Positions 62,761 through 64,000 of a DNA stretch of 64,000 nt are shown here, piece after piece. A program made the translations under genes and the position numbers. Each line of letters starts with the position of its first letter. Position 1 is the stretch's first letter. The notes below the pieces were generated by a model. It had not been told where the DNA came from, searched no databases, and was given only the letters and a program-made list of their open reading frames with translations. Source of the DNA: Takakia lepidozioides (lineage: Eukaryota; Plantae; Bryophyta); NCBI GenBank assembly GCA_030704615.1, contig CM060733.1, forward strand, positions 42,284,001-42,348,000, read 5' to 3'.

Positions 62761-64000
62761 CAGCCAATCATCATAACACCAACAATTGCACAACCAATAC
62801 ATGTACCCTACCTGGATCTTGGCAAGAACCACAACAGTGATAGACAATGTATATAGACTGGGAAAACGTAACACACCGAAGAGAAGAACGCAGAACACTT
62901 TAAACCTGCCCTCATCTGCCGCAATCTGACCCACCTTAAGAAAATAATAGTCCTTTAGGTCTGGAAACCTTCAAGTGCAAACCCTGTTACCTGCTGGGGG
63001 TGCTACAAAAGAATAAACCACAAGTATCAACCAACAAAACGACTTGGAATAAAAATAGAAGAGGGTGTAAGGACAGCAATCACTGTACTATTGATAACAT
63101 ACCAGCAGCTTCAGAGGGTTCAAAGCAAAAAACATAACGAAAAAAAAACAAACCATAAACGCTACCAAGAAGCTGCTTGTAATGCTAAAAATATGCAAAT
63201 ATCTCAAGATACTAGATTCAGTTTGAAATACCCTGTCCTAACAAACAACCGTGTCTTTCAAAGGACCCCCCTCATATTTTACTTGTTAACATGGATCTAT
63301 CGAATGAATAAACTGCATGTATCAACCGTACACAGGATCACACACGGGATTGGGAGAAGCTGTTGAAACCCTGAGTGCACAACGCAGCCAAGAAACCAAA
63401 AAAATTGCAAACACTTGACTCCAAGCTACGCATTGAACGAATCATTGAACAAATCAGCAACTGCAGCAGGTTCAACAATCAACTGCCCAATTGTCTTGCG
63501 AGAATTCAAATGTGCCTGCCCATCATCAGAATTGCAGACATAAAAACAAACGGGCTCAGACTGCCCTAGGCAACCCATCGACATTCACCAGACTCTCTCC
63601 ATGACGCACTATCTGACACCCTAGCTAATGGGTGAACTCTGTCACAGAAGGTTCTGCAGCCAAGGTGGTTTTGGTTAACTCACATAAGTCACCAACAACC
63701 ACATTCTGTCATCGACCAATTAACAGCTCAAAACATGCGCACAAATTCGGCTAGAGCTTTCTATCTTCTGAAGATGGTACTCAAGAAATCGTAAAGGTTT
63801 GAACAACACTACTGATTCGCAGGTCACATGCATCAAAGTACTGAAGAGAGAACAGAAACTCATTCTTCACACATTGGTAGCAAACCCTACAAACTTACAC
63901 TCACCAGACTCCCTCCTTGACGCACTATCTGACACCCTGAACCATCAACCATGGTTTCCATAACCAACAATCCCACAAAGAAAGTAGCCTGCGAAGACAG

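Overview
Repeat-rich nuclear DNA from a non-seed land plant, most likely a bryophyte. The taxon is inferred from a moss-style PLS-DYW PPR gene, a BK/Slo potassium channel relic, moss-type chromoviruses and TTTAGGG repeats. Only one gene looks intact: an intronless DYW-type PPR RNA-editing factor at about 21992-25057 (+). Gene relics are a SET/Rubisco-LSMT-family pseudogene (1-722, -), a multi-exon BK channel pseudogene (4524-17457, +), a cluster of PPR/DYW pseudogenes (30126-34420, -) and a near-intact Crinkler-like P-loop NTPase plus PD-(D/E)xK nuclease gene (59913-62191, -). The remainder is nested transposon debris: Ty3/gypsy, chromovirus, Ty1/copia, LINEs, a CACTA end, a hAT MITE, Helitron-like ends and a SINE. 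The most unusual object is a Penelope-like retroelement (53627-56389). It has no C-terminal endonuclease and a twin-priming-type 5' inversion. Its 3' non-coding module contains a plant snRNA-type USE+TATA promoter, a minimal hammerhead-like motif, extensive hairpins and terminal (CCCTAAA)n repeats. All calls come from manual reading and translation; no database searches were run.
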